Below, one piece after another: positions 45,692-54,811 of a stretch of DNA of 58,431 nt; positions within the stretch are counted from its first letter, which is position 1, and the number at the start of each line of letters is the position of its first letter. Location of the stretch: positions 1 to 58,431 of IMG/VR virus record IMGVR_UViG_3300035665_000039; one strand, given 5' to 3'. This DNA is from a virus. Below the pieces are notes generated by a model. The model was not told where the DNA came from, searched no databases, and saw nothing but the letters and a program-made list of their open reading frames with translations. The position numbers were made by a program, and so were the translations under genes.

Positions 45692-48586
45692 TCACGCAAA
45701 CCTGGCTTGGGACGCCAGGACAGTGAACGTCGCGTTCGCTGTCTTGACGACAGTGAATGTGTAGACGTCAATGCTCGAGGCATTGCCGCCCGTGGGTGCG
45801 GTGCCGCCTTGCCACTTGGGCGTGACGGTTGAGCCGTCGACCTGGATCACGTTCGGGTAGTAGGGCGTGGCGCCGTTGGTTACCAGCAGCGCGATCGTCG
45901 CTGACTGGCCGGTCTGCATGATTGTGTTCAAGCTGGTGCTGCCGTTGCCGCGGATGTTGAACGTAAAGTTGGCTGAGGCGTTGCTGGTGTAGTACTGGAC
46001 CGCCTGCGAGATGACGTCGAAGTTGGTTGTGGCTGAGGGTGCCGCGGCCGTGATGGTTGCGAGCTCGAGCAGCGCCTCGATCGACGCATAGCTACCGAGC
46101 TGCAGGATGCCGTTGTTGGCGACTGGCGTCATATTCAGACCCAAACCGCTGCCCGTGAGCGTCATCAGGTCGAAGAAGCCGGTCGCGGTTTGAACGCCAA
46201 AGCGAAGATCCCCAGCCTCGGCCCCAGCGGTCGGGTCGACAATCGTAGAGATAATGCGTGCGTAACTCTGGTCTGAGCCGCCGCTATCCTTGCCGCGCCA
46301 TAGCAGCACGCCTACCTGGTCGGATGCTGCCGGCGATGTTGAGTTGCGATACAAGACAACGTCAGGCGCAGCACTTGATCCTGCGTCGACAGCCTCGAAT
46401 ACAACCAGGTCGCCAAGGTTTGTGCCTTGGAAGGTGTAAGCACCCGAAGCAGTCGGTGACCCGAAGGTGATGTTTCCACTGCCGTCCAGAGTGACTCGGT
46501 CAACCCCGTTAGTGGAAAGAATGAGAGGCAGGGCGTTGTTTGACGCAAGGCGAACGACTGACGCGGTCGTTTGAAATTGCCCTTGTGTGGTGCCGGTACT
46601 TTGAAGCAGGACGCGAGAGTCAGCGCCCGTATTGACCGTCAGGTTGCCCGTGAGCGTACCGCCGGCCAAAGCCAAGTAGGTCGATGCGGCAGTCGTGATC
46701 TGCAGGAAGCGAGCATCGGCGGCAGCCTGGGTATAGGTATTGGCGACGTTGAACGAGCCGTACGCGACGATGTCTACGATGTCGCCTGCAGTAGCGCCGA
46801 TCGAGAGAACAATCGTGCTGCCCGTGGTAGCGATGAAGTCGACACCTACCTGCAGCTTGACGCCGTTTAGGTAGACGTCGACATAGCCGACGTCATAGGT
46901 AATCGAGAACGTCGTTTGGCCAGACGTCGCCGTATACACCTGGCGGTTCGCCGTGCCGTTGACTGACGAACCAGCCATCGCCCATGCGGTGCCGGTGTAG
47001 ACATACATCAGGCTCGTGGTCGTATTGAAGTACAGCGCTCCGGTTTGAAGCGGATTGCCGTCGTTGTCGACCGTCGGCGCAGTCGCCTTGGCGCCAAGAT
47101 ACAGGTCGTCAAACGCATCAAATGAGGCCGCTGCAGCCGCTGCAGAGTTCGCTGCGTTGGTTGCACTGGTCGACGCATTCGAGGCGCTTGTAGACGCGTT
47201 GGATGCGCTCGTAGAGGCATTGCTAGCCGATGTCGCAGCAGCGGCAGCAGAGGCCGCGGCAGACGTCGTGCTGCCGAAGAGCGCATCAATCTGAGCGATC
47301 GTGTACGCGTCCGAGATCCCGTAACCAGCAAGGGTCGTCGGGTTGGTGCCTGCGGTGACGCGGCCCCACTGATCGACCGTGACCGACTTGTAGGTACCGG
47401 CCGTCACGCCGCTCGTCGCAAGATCGATCTCATCCGCACCTACGACGATGCGCGAGCTCGAGGCGGTGTTGACGTTGAGCGTGTTGCCGGTCTTCGTCAT
47501 GCCGGTGCCGGCGTTGATCTGCCCTGCCCCGCTGAACTGCACCCAGGTCACCGCGGTTGTGCCGAGCGTGCCGCCTGCCGAAATCGTGCAGACAAATCCG
47601 TTGTTGGCGTTGGCCGTGCCCTGCTCTACAAAGCAGAAGGCGTGGACCAGCTCGTCCCAAGTGTTCGCATCAGAGGAGCGGCTCCAGGAGCCTGCAGCAA
47701 CCACATAGATGCCGTTTTGCGAGGCAGTCGACTGGTCCTTGACCAGCACTCGATCACCCGCGATCACGGCGATGCCGTCGATCGTTTGCGTGCCGCTCAG
47801 GGTGATGTTGGCGGTCGTGCCGACTCGGCAAGACGCTTTGGCATCGAGACCCTGGGAGACCGTGTCGACGTAGGCCTTGTTGGCTGCGTCGGAGTCGCCC
47901 GTCGGGGTCGACAGGCCGGTGATCGTGGCCGAGGTGGCCAGGCTCATATCCAGCGTGCCGCTGATGGTCACGTTGTTGAACGAGCTCGTGCCGGTGCTGG
48001 TAATGTTGCCGGTGACATCTCCGGTCACATTGCCCGTAACGTTGCCCGTTACGTTGCCGGTCAGATTGCCGGTGACGTTACCGGTGACATTACCGGTCAA
48101 CCCGCCAACGAACCCGACGGTCGCGGTGATGGTCGTGCCGCGGACGGTCTGGGCGGTGGTCGCTCCGATCACTGTGTTGTTGATCGTGCCGCCCGTGATG
48201 ACCGCATTGGTGAAGCTTGAGGAGCCGGTCGAGGTGATGTCGCCCGTGACGTTGCCGGTGAGGTTGCCGGTCACGTTTCCAGTCACGTTCCCGGTGTATC
48301 CGCTGGAAGCGGACAGCGTCGTGAATGCACCCGTCGATGGAGCTGATGCTCCGATTGTGGTGCTGTTGATCGTGGAGCCCGTAATCGCAAGAGACTGCAG
48401 AGCACTCGAGGCGATCAGCGCGGTGCCGGCCGCATTGATCATCGCGACCTTGTAGCCATTGCCAGCAAGGGTCGGTAGCAGGTTGAAGCCTGCGGTTACC
48501 AGGTCAAGCTCTGCGCGAAGTGCCGCCGAGGACCCCGGCGCATTGGGTGCCGGGTAGGTGGAATGGTTGTAGTAGCTATTGGGCAT
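45692..48586 (-). CDS. Tail fibre with tandem GNVT and SASNAST repeats (964 aa)
   Basis: (T)GN[VL]TG repeats in two blocks (about 47995-48110 and 48236-48292). SASNAST x3 (about 47165-47228). Thr/Gly/Ala-rich fibre-like composition. Confidence 0.7.
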   Translation of the reverse strand: MPNSYYNHSTYPAPNAPGSSAALRAELDLVTAGFNLLPTLAGNGYKVAMINAAGTALIASSALQSLAITGSTINSTTIGASAPSTGAFTTLSASSGYTGNVTGNVTGNLTGNVTGDITSTGSSSFTNAVITGGTINNTVIGATTAQTVRGTTITATVGFVGGLTGNVTGNVTGNLTGNVTGNVTGNVTGDVTGNITSTGTSSFNNVTISGTLDMSLATSATITGLSTPTGDSDAANKAYVDTVSQGLDAKASCRVGTTANITLSGTQTIDGIAVIAGDRVLVKDQSTASQNGIYVVAAGSWSRSSDANTWDELVHAFCFVEQGTANANNGFVCTISAGGTLGTTAVTWVQFSGAGQINAGTGMTKTGNTLNVNTASSSRIVVGADEIDLATSGVTAGTYKSVTVDQWGRVTAGTNPTTLAGYGISDAYTIAQIDALFGSTTSAAASAAAAATSASNASTSASNASTSASNASTSATNAANSAAAAAASFDAFDDLYLGAKATAPTVDNDGNPLQTGALYFNTTTSLMYVYTGTAWAMAGSSVNGTANRQVYTATSGQTTFSITYDVGYVDVYLNGVKLQVGVDFIATTGSTIVLSIGATAGDIVDIVAYGSFNVANTYTQAAADARFLQITTAASTYLALAGGTLTGNLTVNTGADSRVLLQSTGTTQGQFQTTASVVRLASNNALPLILSTNGVDRVTLDGSGNITFGSPTASGAYTFQGTNLGDLVVFEAVDAGSSAAPDVVLYRNSTSPAASDQVGVLLWRGKDSGGSDQSYARIISTIVDPTAGAEAGDLRFGVQTATGFFDLMTLTGSGLGLNMTPVANNGILQLGSYASIEALLELATITAAAPSATTNFDVISQAVQYYTSNASANFTFNIRGNGSTSLNTIMQTGQSATIALLVTNGATPYYPNVIQVDGSTVTPKWQGGTAPTGGNASSIDVYTFTVVKTANATFTVLASQARFA

Positions 48587-50634
48587 TATCGAAGTCCTCG
48601 CCGTAGGCTGTAATGCACGATGATCGAGTTCACCGTAAAGGGGGCCAGGAGCGCTGATACCGAAGAGATCCGCAGCGCAATGTTCTCGGCCGTCCCCGTG
48701 ACCTCGACCTCAGAGGGCGAAAGATCGCGTCCGTCCCACACGAAGTTGTCCCACTCGAATGAATCCCAGAATGCCGACCGCAGGTCGTTCTCGTAGACCT
48801 CGTCAGCAGGCTGCACATACTCGGGGCTGCGGTAGCCAAGGTCGTAGCCGAAGCCGAACTCAGCGTACGAATCGCCCGTGAGCTCGACGCTCGCAGTGCG
48901 GTAGCGCTTCAAGATTCTGGGAGAGTTGGTGCTGTTGTACACCAATGTGATATTGGCCGGGATGTCTGCACCGTCGAACGAGGTGCCGGCATCGAGCTGG
49001 TAGACGTATCCGTTCGTGGACCCGAAGAACGAAGTCTCTGCGCCGTCGGTGCTCTGACCTTCTGAGGTGCAGGTCACCGGATTGGGAAACTGGATCGGCA
49101 TCGCGCCCATGTACTGACCGTTGGCGATCGTCAGATACAGGCCGTAGCCATCCGAGAAGAAGACTCGGTACTGACCCTTCTCGCGGTTTACGATCGAGGC
49201 GGTCGCAAGGTTTCTGCGCACCTGAATGAATGGGCGCAGGTTCATGGTGAGCGATGCGGTCGCGAAGTTGCCGAAGTTGAGCGTCGTACCCAGGGCCATC
49301 ACGCCGCGCTCGGCCAGGATGTAGGTCTGGTCGAGGTTCTGGCCGGTGTACTGGTAGGCGCCCGTGCCAACGTTGAAGTTGGAGAGCGCGAAGTTAGCTT
49401 CGCTCGTACCGTAAAGCACCGAGGTGTCGGACTTGGTGTAGACCGCAAGCGCGCCCGAAGACTGGTCTCCTGGTAGCGCGATCAAGTTTGTGATCGCGTC
49501 GTTCATTGCGATCTCACCCGCGCCTGTAACGGGATCCCAAGAGAATGGATCACCAAGGCCGGAGAATTGAAGCGAATGACCGAAGGCGAGAAAAAGGTGC
49601 TGTTTGTGAACCGCAATCCCGGTAGGCACGTCCGGGCTCATGGTTGTCCTGATCGGTGTAACCGTTACACCATCGAACTCATAAGCGTTGTTGATGCCAT
49701 CACAAAAATAGAGTTTCTTGTTCGTTTGACCGCCGCCGAAGTTGGCGACCACCGCCTGAACCCTGCCGTTGGGGAGCGGAGCGATCGGCGCGTATGCACC
49801 TTGGTATCGAGCGTGCTTAGTGCCGCCCACATAAATTAGCTCATTGGTTACGGGCGTGCCGGTCATATTCGTGAAGACTGCATAGCCCGTAGCATTCCCG
49901 GCGGCCCAAGTCCCAGACTGAACAACAATTGTCTTGATCAGAGCGGTCGCCCCGCTTGTATGCCCGACGATCGTGTCGCCTGGGAAGATTTCGTCCGAAC
50001 CGGAGTCAAACTCAAAGACGGAGAAGTACTGCACCGCAGTCCATCCGCTGCTTGTACTCTTGTACATGCCGAGCATGGTGCCGCCGACATTGTTGCGCCA
50101 TGCGTAAACGTTGCCGTTATAGAAAGCAACGCCTCGTATCTGTCCAGAGCCAGGTACCGCCTGAATGTCGGCCCGATAGTCAGCCGCGGCCAGCGACTTG
50201 TACTGCGCATCGAGTAGGCCGTCGGCAGCAACACCGATGATCTGAATGCTCGAGACTTTGATGACTGCGCTGACCGAGAGGTTCTCGCCAGGCTGGAAGA
50301 TACCGGTCACACGGGTCAGGACCACTTCGCCGGTCGGTAATGCAATCACCTTACCGGTGGCGCCGCTGACCGTGCCGGTCACCGTATCACCCAGTGATAC
50401 GGTATCGATGAACGTGCCGGAGAGGATGTAGTACTGGGCCTCTGAAGGGCTGGGCCTGCCGTCAAAACGCTCGTACCCGGCGATCCGCGTGTAGCCGCCT
50501 GTGATTGCGCACTCGAAGTTGGCCGCGCGTCGCACGACGCCTGGCTTGAGCGAGAGCGTCGGCGTGACCTGGTCCATGCCGCCCATGAGGCGGATCAGGT
50601 CATATTGAACGCGGGGTAGATCGTTGAGGTTCAT
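48586..50634 (-). CDS. Tail structural protein (682 aa)
   Basis: Large ORF between the head and fibre genes. 1-nt overlap with the fibre gene. Confidence 0.55.
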   Translation of the reverse strand: MNLNDLPRVQYDLIRLMGGMDQVTPTLSLKPGVVRRAANFECAITGGYTRIAGYERFDGRPSPSEAQYYILSGTFIDTVSLGDTVTGTVSGATGKVIALPTGEVVLTRVTGIFQPGENLSVSAVIKVSSIQIIGVAADGLLDAQYKSLAAADYRADIQAVPGSGQIRGVAFYNGNVYAWRNNVGGTMLGMYKSTSSGWTAVQYFSVFEFDSGSDEIFPGDTIVGHTSGATALIKTIVVQSGTWAAGNATGYAVFTNMTGTPVTNELIYVGGTKHARYQGAYAPIAPLPNGRVQAVVANFGGGQTNKKLYFCDGINNAYEFDGVTVTPIRTTMSPDVPTGIAVHKQHLFLAFGHSLQFSGLGDPFSWDPVTGAGEIAMNDAITNLIALPGDQSSGALAVYTKSDTSVLYGTSEANFALSNFNVGTGAYQYTGQNLDQTYILAERGVMALGTTLNFGNFATASLTMNLRPFIQVRRNLATASIVNREKGQYRVFFSDGYGLYLTIANGQYMGAMPIQFPNPVTCTSEGQSTDGAETSFFGSTNGYVYQLDAGTSFDGADIPANITLVYNSTNSPRILKRYRTASVELTGDSYAEFGFGYDLGYRSPEYVQPADEVYENDLRSAFWDSFEWDNFVWDGRDLSPSEVEVTGTAENIALRISSVSALLAPFTVNSIIVHYSLRRGLR

Positions 50635-50643
50635 GCCCTACCC

Positions 50644-51342
50644 TTACGCCAGCGGGTTCCCCAGGGAGAGCTCAGGGAGCTGCTCGCGCTCGAGCTGATT
50701 CATCAGCCGGCTAAATTCGGTATTGCCGCGCATGAGCACTTCAGGCGCAGCTTCATAGAGCCCGTAGAACTGCATCGCCTTGTAGACGATGACGAGGTGC
50801 AAGCTTTCGTTCGGGATGCCTGGCTCGTCGGTGCCGTTCACAAACGGCTGCGGGTACTGCTGGTACTCGCCCGTGATCTCGTAGATGTCGTCCGGGATCT
50901 GGCCCAGCATGATGGCCTTGCCCTGCGGGTTCTGAGCGAACACGACGGGGCGGCCATTGACCTGCAGATTGAAGCGGTAGGTATTGCGGAAGGTCTGATA
51001 CTCCCACTCGACCAGCCACTGCATGTCGACCACGCCGAGCGACTTCTTCTGGCAGCGGAACGTATCCTTCCACCAGTAACGTAGGTCGGTGAGCTGATTG
51101 CCCGTGAGGGTGTTGGTGGTAGCCGTGGGCAGGTAGTCGCCCGTGCTGGCCACGGTGTCGAACGCAAACTGCTGGCGCATCCAGCCCCAGTTGTCGTACA
51201 TGCCCTGGATCTCGTTCCATGCGGAAGCGATCCAGTTGACGAGCTTGAGGTTCATTCCGGTCTGGCCCGTCACAGCGGACGGACCCGTGCCGGCAATGCC
51301 GCACTCAATCGACAAGCGCTGGGCGAGCTGGAGCCAATTCAT
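50644..51342 (-). CDS. Virion structural protein, adaptor/tail candidate (232 aa)
   Basis: Position only. Confidence 0.5.
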   Translation of the reverse strand: MNWLQLAQRLSIECGIAGTGPSAVTGQTGMNLKLVNWIASAWNEIQGMYDNWGWMRQQFAFDTVASTGDYLPTATTNTLTGNQLTDLRYWWKDTFRCQKKSLGVVDMQWLVEWEYQTFRNTYRFNLQVNGRPVVFAQNPQGKAIMLGQIPDDIYEITGEYQQYPQPFVNGTDEPGIPNESLHLVIVYKAMQFYGLYEAAPEVLMRGNTEFSRLMNQLEREQLPELSLGNPLA

Positions 51343-51343
51343 G

Positions 51344-51835
51344 TCAGCCTGGGTTCTTCAGAAGTTGACGCAACCAGGGCACGCCTTGCTTGGGATTGGG
51401 GTCGTGCATGATCTGGAACGGATAGGTGAGCGACAGCACGTTCTCTTCTTGGAAGCCCATGCTGCCGTCTGGATTCACGACCTTTCTCTGGCGTACGCGC
51501 GACTGTTTCGCGTTGGCGATAACAGCAACGTGATACCGACGCAGCTTCGACGTGTCGCCACGGACTGCGATGCGGTAGTCGCCATTGACGTTGACCTCAA
51601 CGAATGCCGGCTCGTGCTCGTTGCCAGGCTCGTTGAAGAACACTTCCAGCTCGTCACGCATGAACTTCTCGTACTCGAGGTCGTCGGTGCGAAGCACCTT
51701 GTCGGTATCGATCTCGACACCTTGAGACGAAGCAGCCTCGGAGGCCGGCGTTACGGCGTTCTCGATACCGACGTCGCTGGAGGCGAGTCCTCGATTTCGT
51801 TCGTAACTGTTCATGGGCTTGCTGGGTGTTGGCAT
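51344..51835 (-). CDS. Virion-module protein (163 aa)
   Basis: Position only. Confidence 0.5.
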   Translation of the reverse strand: MPTPSKPMNSYERNRGLASSDVGIENAVTPASEAASSQGVEIDTDKVLRTDDLEYEKFMRDELEVFFNEPGNEHEPAFVEVNVNGDYRIAVRGDTSKLRRYHVAVIANAKQSRVRQRKVVNPDGSMGFQEENVLSLTYPFQIMHDPNPKQGVPWLRQLLKNPG

Positions 51836-51893
51836 TGTCTTGTCTCCAATGAGTTAGGGGTAGGCGACCACCCGAAGATGGCCGCCTGCTGAC

Positions 51894-52406
51894 TTACGCG
51901 GTCAGCGGATTGGCCGGCATGTCGGCCAGGTTGTAGAACGTGTCGGTCACGCCGGACGCCGAGAGGTCGGTCGTGCCGGGGATGAACGTCGTTCCTGCGG
52001 TGAGCGCGATGCGCAGACCACCGATCGGGCATACGTTGTTGGGGACATCGGGCCACTGAAGCGAAGCGCGGCCAGCAGCAAGGTCGGCCGAATCAACGAT
52101 CGGACCTGGCAGGATCGAGACTGTGCCTGCGGTATCCAAGAAGATGCCGTAGATACGGGTCGAGCCGTTAGTACCGCCCGTAAACGAGCCATTGATCGTG
52201 CCCACGCCCGTGGGGGCCTGGTACACCGCGGGACCGCTGTAGCTGATCGCGATGTTGTCGGTGATGGCCTTCGAGTAGAAGCGTCCGTCAATGACGTAGT
52301 TGATCGCGGTTGCGATCTGGATGGTGGCGTTGTTGGTGCCTTCGGCCAAACCGCCGCTGTTGAGCGCGATAGTCAGGCCGGAGTCTTGGGAGAGATTGTC
52401 AGACAT
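51894..52406 (-). CDS. Head decoration-like protein (170 aa)
   Basis: Gly/Thr/Ala-rich beta-type sequence directly downstream of the major capsid gene. Confidence 0.45.
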   Translation of the reverse strand: MSDNLSQDSGLTIALNSGGLAEGTNNATIQIATAINYVIDGRFYSKAITDNIAISYSGPAVYQAPTGVGTINGSFTGGTNGSTRIYGIFLDTAGTVSILPGPIVDSADLAAGRASLQWPDVPNNVCPIGGLRIALTAGTTFIPGTTDLSASGVTDTFYNLADMPANPLTA

Positions 52407-52440
52407 GGTCTGGTTTCCTTTACGAAATGAGTTCAGTCAA

Positions 52441-52458
52441 ACGGGGCCGAAGCCCCGT
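52441..52458 (-). promoter_or_regulatory. GC-rich hairpin with UUCG loop after the major capsid gene (RNA: ACGGGGC-UUCG-GCCCCGU)
   Basis: Perfect 7-bp stem read directly. Only a short U stretch follows, so this is an attenuator or stabiliser rather than a strong terminator. Confidence 0.5.
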
Positions 52459-52461
52459 TCA

Positions 52462-53493
52462 TCAGAGAGCCGAGCAGGCGGACTCGATACGGACCATCCA
52501 GTTTTCGTTCAAGCGCACAGCGTTCTTGTAGAAGTTGGCGCCGACGTAACCGAACTGGCCCATCGGGTTGGCGTGCGTGATCTGCTTGGCGGGCAAGTAG
52601 ATCGGCTCGATTGCGCCCATACCCTTGAGAGCGACCTGGCCCCATGCCTCTTGTGCAACGACCATGGTCGGGTACACGTCAGCAGTGGTGCCGGTGGTGC
52701 CACCGTTGGACAGGAACGTGCCTGCCGTGATGGTGCCGCCCGCAGCGAGGAAGGGCTTGAAGTAGGGGCTGGTGATGACGCGGAAGCGCTCGACAGCACC
52801 GATCTCGCGCTCATGCACGGGCTTTTGCGAGCCGTACTTGGCGACAGGAACGAAGCCGGTGAGGTTACGGAAGTCGGCTTCCATGTCGGTGTGGATGAAC
52901 ACGAGGTAGCCAGGCTCGATCGCGCTGGTGCCGTAGTTCACCGAAGCGGCAAGCTTCTCGGTCACGAGCTGAGCAAACGCGCTCTCGAGCTGACGGGCAG
53001 CCTGGCGAAGCTTGTTCAGGGTGATCGCGGTGTTGACCGAGGTGCGGGCCGTGCCGTTGGAGTACACGACGTTGGTGCCACCACGAACCACGCCGTAGGC
53101 GATGAGCTCTTCCAGGCTGGCCATGTGCTCGCCAACGAGCTTGATCATGTCAGCGGGGATGTCGTCCTCGTACATGGCTTCGGCCTTGCGCGAGAGCTTC
53201 ATCAGCACGCCGTACTGCTGCAGGGTGACCTGCACGTCCTGGTAAGTGATGGTGCGCGAGCCAGGGGTCACGCCTTCCTGGAGGAGGTAGTTGCTGGCGG
53301 TGATGTTGGGCGCGCCATTCGAGCCTGCGTCGATAGGAAGAGCCCGGCGGAACACGACCGTATCGGTCTTGTTCTGGGGGATCTGCTTCTGCATGCCGAA
53401 GGTGGAGAGCACTTTGATGGGCATGGCGTGCTTGAGCATTTCACGCTCAGCCATGATGAGGTTCCGCGAAGGAACTAGGGAGTAGGTTTGCAT
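52462..53493 (-). CDS. Major capsid protein (343 aa from ATG 53493)
   Basis: Size and position after the scaffold gene. N-terminal ...NLIMAEREMLKHAMPIKVLSTFGMQKQIPQNKTDTVVFRR is a capsid-like pattern. Confidence 0.7.
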   Translation of the reverse strand: MQTYSLVPSRNLIMAEREMLKHAMPIKVLSTFGMQKQIPQNKTDTVVFRRALPIDAGSNGAPNITASNYLLQEGVTPGSRTITYQDVQVTLQQYGVLMKLSRKAEAMYEDDIPADMIKLVGEHMASLEELIAYGVVRGGTNVVYSNGTARTSVNTAITLNKLRQAARQLESAFAQLVTEKLAASVNYGTSAIEPGYLVFIHTDMEADFRNLTGFVPVAKYGSQKPVHEREIGAVERFRVITSPYFKPFLAAGGTITAGTFLSNGGTTGTTADVYPTMVVAQEAWGQVALKGMGAIEPIYLPAKQITHANPMGQFGYVGANFYKNAVRLNENWMVRIESACSAL

Positions 53494-53499
53494 GATCAA

Positions 53500-54411
53500 T
53501 TACCTTTTCTGTCGATCAAGTTCGTCCAAATAGCTCCAGTACTCTTGGGGCGTCATTTCCTCGACGGGCTTCGTGCGAGTGCCACCCCCGCTTCGCCCTG
53601 TGGGCAATGCGGCTGCAGAGTTCAGGCGCTGCGTTCGTTGGTTTGACGCTGACTTCTGGGCATCGCTATGCAAGTCCAAGAGCCGCACTGCATCCTGCGG
53701 GCTATCGCTCGCCGCAAGGAGTTGCACTTCTCTGGCTTGGCGCTGTAGCCAACCCACAAATTCAGGCGTCCGTACACGTTCCTGCCAACCCGGATGCCGG
53801 ATCTCGACGGCCATCTCCGAACGAAGCCGGGCGATTTCGTCAGGCGTGACGCCTGGCGCTTGTTGAGCGGGCTGCTGAGACTGCTGCGCGATCTTCTGCT
53901 CCAGCATGCTCAGTCGCTCGTTCAGAGCGCTTTCCATCGCATCGGCGAACTCGGGGTAGTCCGCTTTCAATCTGGCCATGGCCTCGGGGTTCTTCTGCGC
54001 ATCACGAATCTCGTTCGCGCTTGGAGCCTCTCCGCCTTTGGAGGCGACCTGTTGGGCCGTCTGGAGCTGCTGCTTCAGTTGGCTTCCCAGTCCACCAATG
54101 TGGCCCTCGGCATTCCGAAGTCGTTGCGTCAGTTGAGTCACGGTCTCCGTTTGCGTACGGAGCATCGACTCAAGCCCGGCGATCTTGTCCAGCAAGGACG
54201 AATCACCCTGCGGCACCTGGTCTTCGCTACCCTTGATTGCGTCGGCCGCATCAGCATTGTGATTGTCGGCGGGCGCTGGGTTGGCGGCCTCGGTCGGGTT
54301 GTCCTGCTTCTCAGGCGCGGGCGGCGTGGCTCTGCCAGCATCCTCTGCCTCGAGTTGATCCCAGATTTTCTGTGCTTCTACTAGCGGATTGACTTGGTCC
54401 TGTACGTTCAT
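53500..54411 (-). CDS. Scaffolding protein (303 aa)
   Basis: Acidic, Q/A/E-rich helical protein between the portal-proximal genes and the capsid gene. Confidence 0.6.
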   Translation of the reverse strand: MNVQDQVNPLVEAQKIWDQLEAEDAGRATPPAPEKQDNPTEAANPAPADNHNADAADAIKGSEDQVPQGDSSLLDKIAGLESMLRTQTETVTQLTQRLRNAEGHIGGLGSQLKQQLQTAQQVASKGGEAPSANEIRDAQKNPEAMARLKADYPEFADAMESALNERLSMLEQKIAQQSQQPAQQAPGVTPDEIARLRSEMAVEIRHPGWQERVRTPEFVGWLQRQAREVQLLAASDSPQDAVRLLDLHSDAQKSASNQRTQRLNSAAALPTGRSGGGTRTKPVEEMTPQEYWSYLDELDRQKR

Positions 54412-54680
54412 TCGGTTGTTGTCTCACTCAGGTCTGGCCATTGCTGGCCTGTCTCGACAGCGCCGGAGAGTTCTTCGGGGCTGACCGCGGGACTCAGGCT
54501 CGCGGGATCCGCAAGGCTGAGAATTCGTTTGAGCTCACTGATCTGACCTCTGATCAGGGCCGTTTTGTCTGGTCCGAACGACGGGGTGTCGTTCATCTCA
54601 CGAAGCTCCTTGAGTCGATCCTCAAGGGTCTGCGTCAGACGCTTCCACGTTGGCGAGAGGAAGTCCTCGCGTCTCAGCAA
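54408..54680 (-). CDS. hypothetical protein (90 aa, TTG start; alternative ATG at codon 29)
   Basis: GGAG (54690-54687) with a 6-nt spacer before TTG 54680. ATGA-type overlap downstream. Confidence 0.5.
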   Translation of the reverse strand: MLRREDFLSPTWKRLTQTLEDRLKELREMNDTPSFGPDKTALIRGQISELKRILSLADPASLSPAVSPEELSGAVETGQQWPDLSETTTE

Positions 54681-54690
54681 TCAGGGCTCC

Positions 54691-54717
54691 AAAAAAAACG
54701 GCGCCACTGGGGCGCCG
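54691..54717 (-). terminator. Strong rho-independent terminator (RNA: CGGCGCC-CCAGU-GGCGCCG-UUUUUUUU)
   Basis: Perfect 7-bp GC stem, 5-nt loop and eight U residues. Read directly. Confidence 0.85.
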
Positions 54718-54778
54718 AAACAACAGGAGGGGAAAAATGGCTGGGACAGCGATCTTTTGACGCACTGCCCCGCCCCGA

Positions 54779-54807
54779 ATAATACAGCATTGTGATATTG
54801 CACGCAA
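54779..54807 (-). promoter_or_regulatory. Promoter TTGCGT-N17-TATTAT with TATCACAATG in the spacer, immediately after the portal stop
   Basis: -35 at 54807-54802, motif at 54797-54788, -10 at 54784-54779. The terminator begins about 55 nt downstream of the predicted start. Confidence 0.55.
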
Positions 54808-54811
54808 TAGA

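Noticed and set aside
47165-48292. A CRISPR array or a diversity-generating retroelement near the tail fibres.
   Set aside because: The repeats are short, in-frame coding repeats (12 and 21 nt) without spacers. No reverse transcriptase ORF or template/variable repeat pair is visible anywhere in the window.
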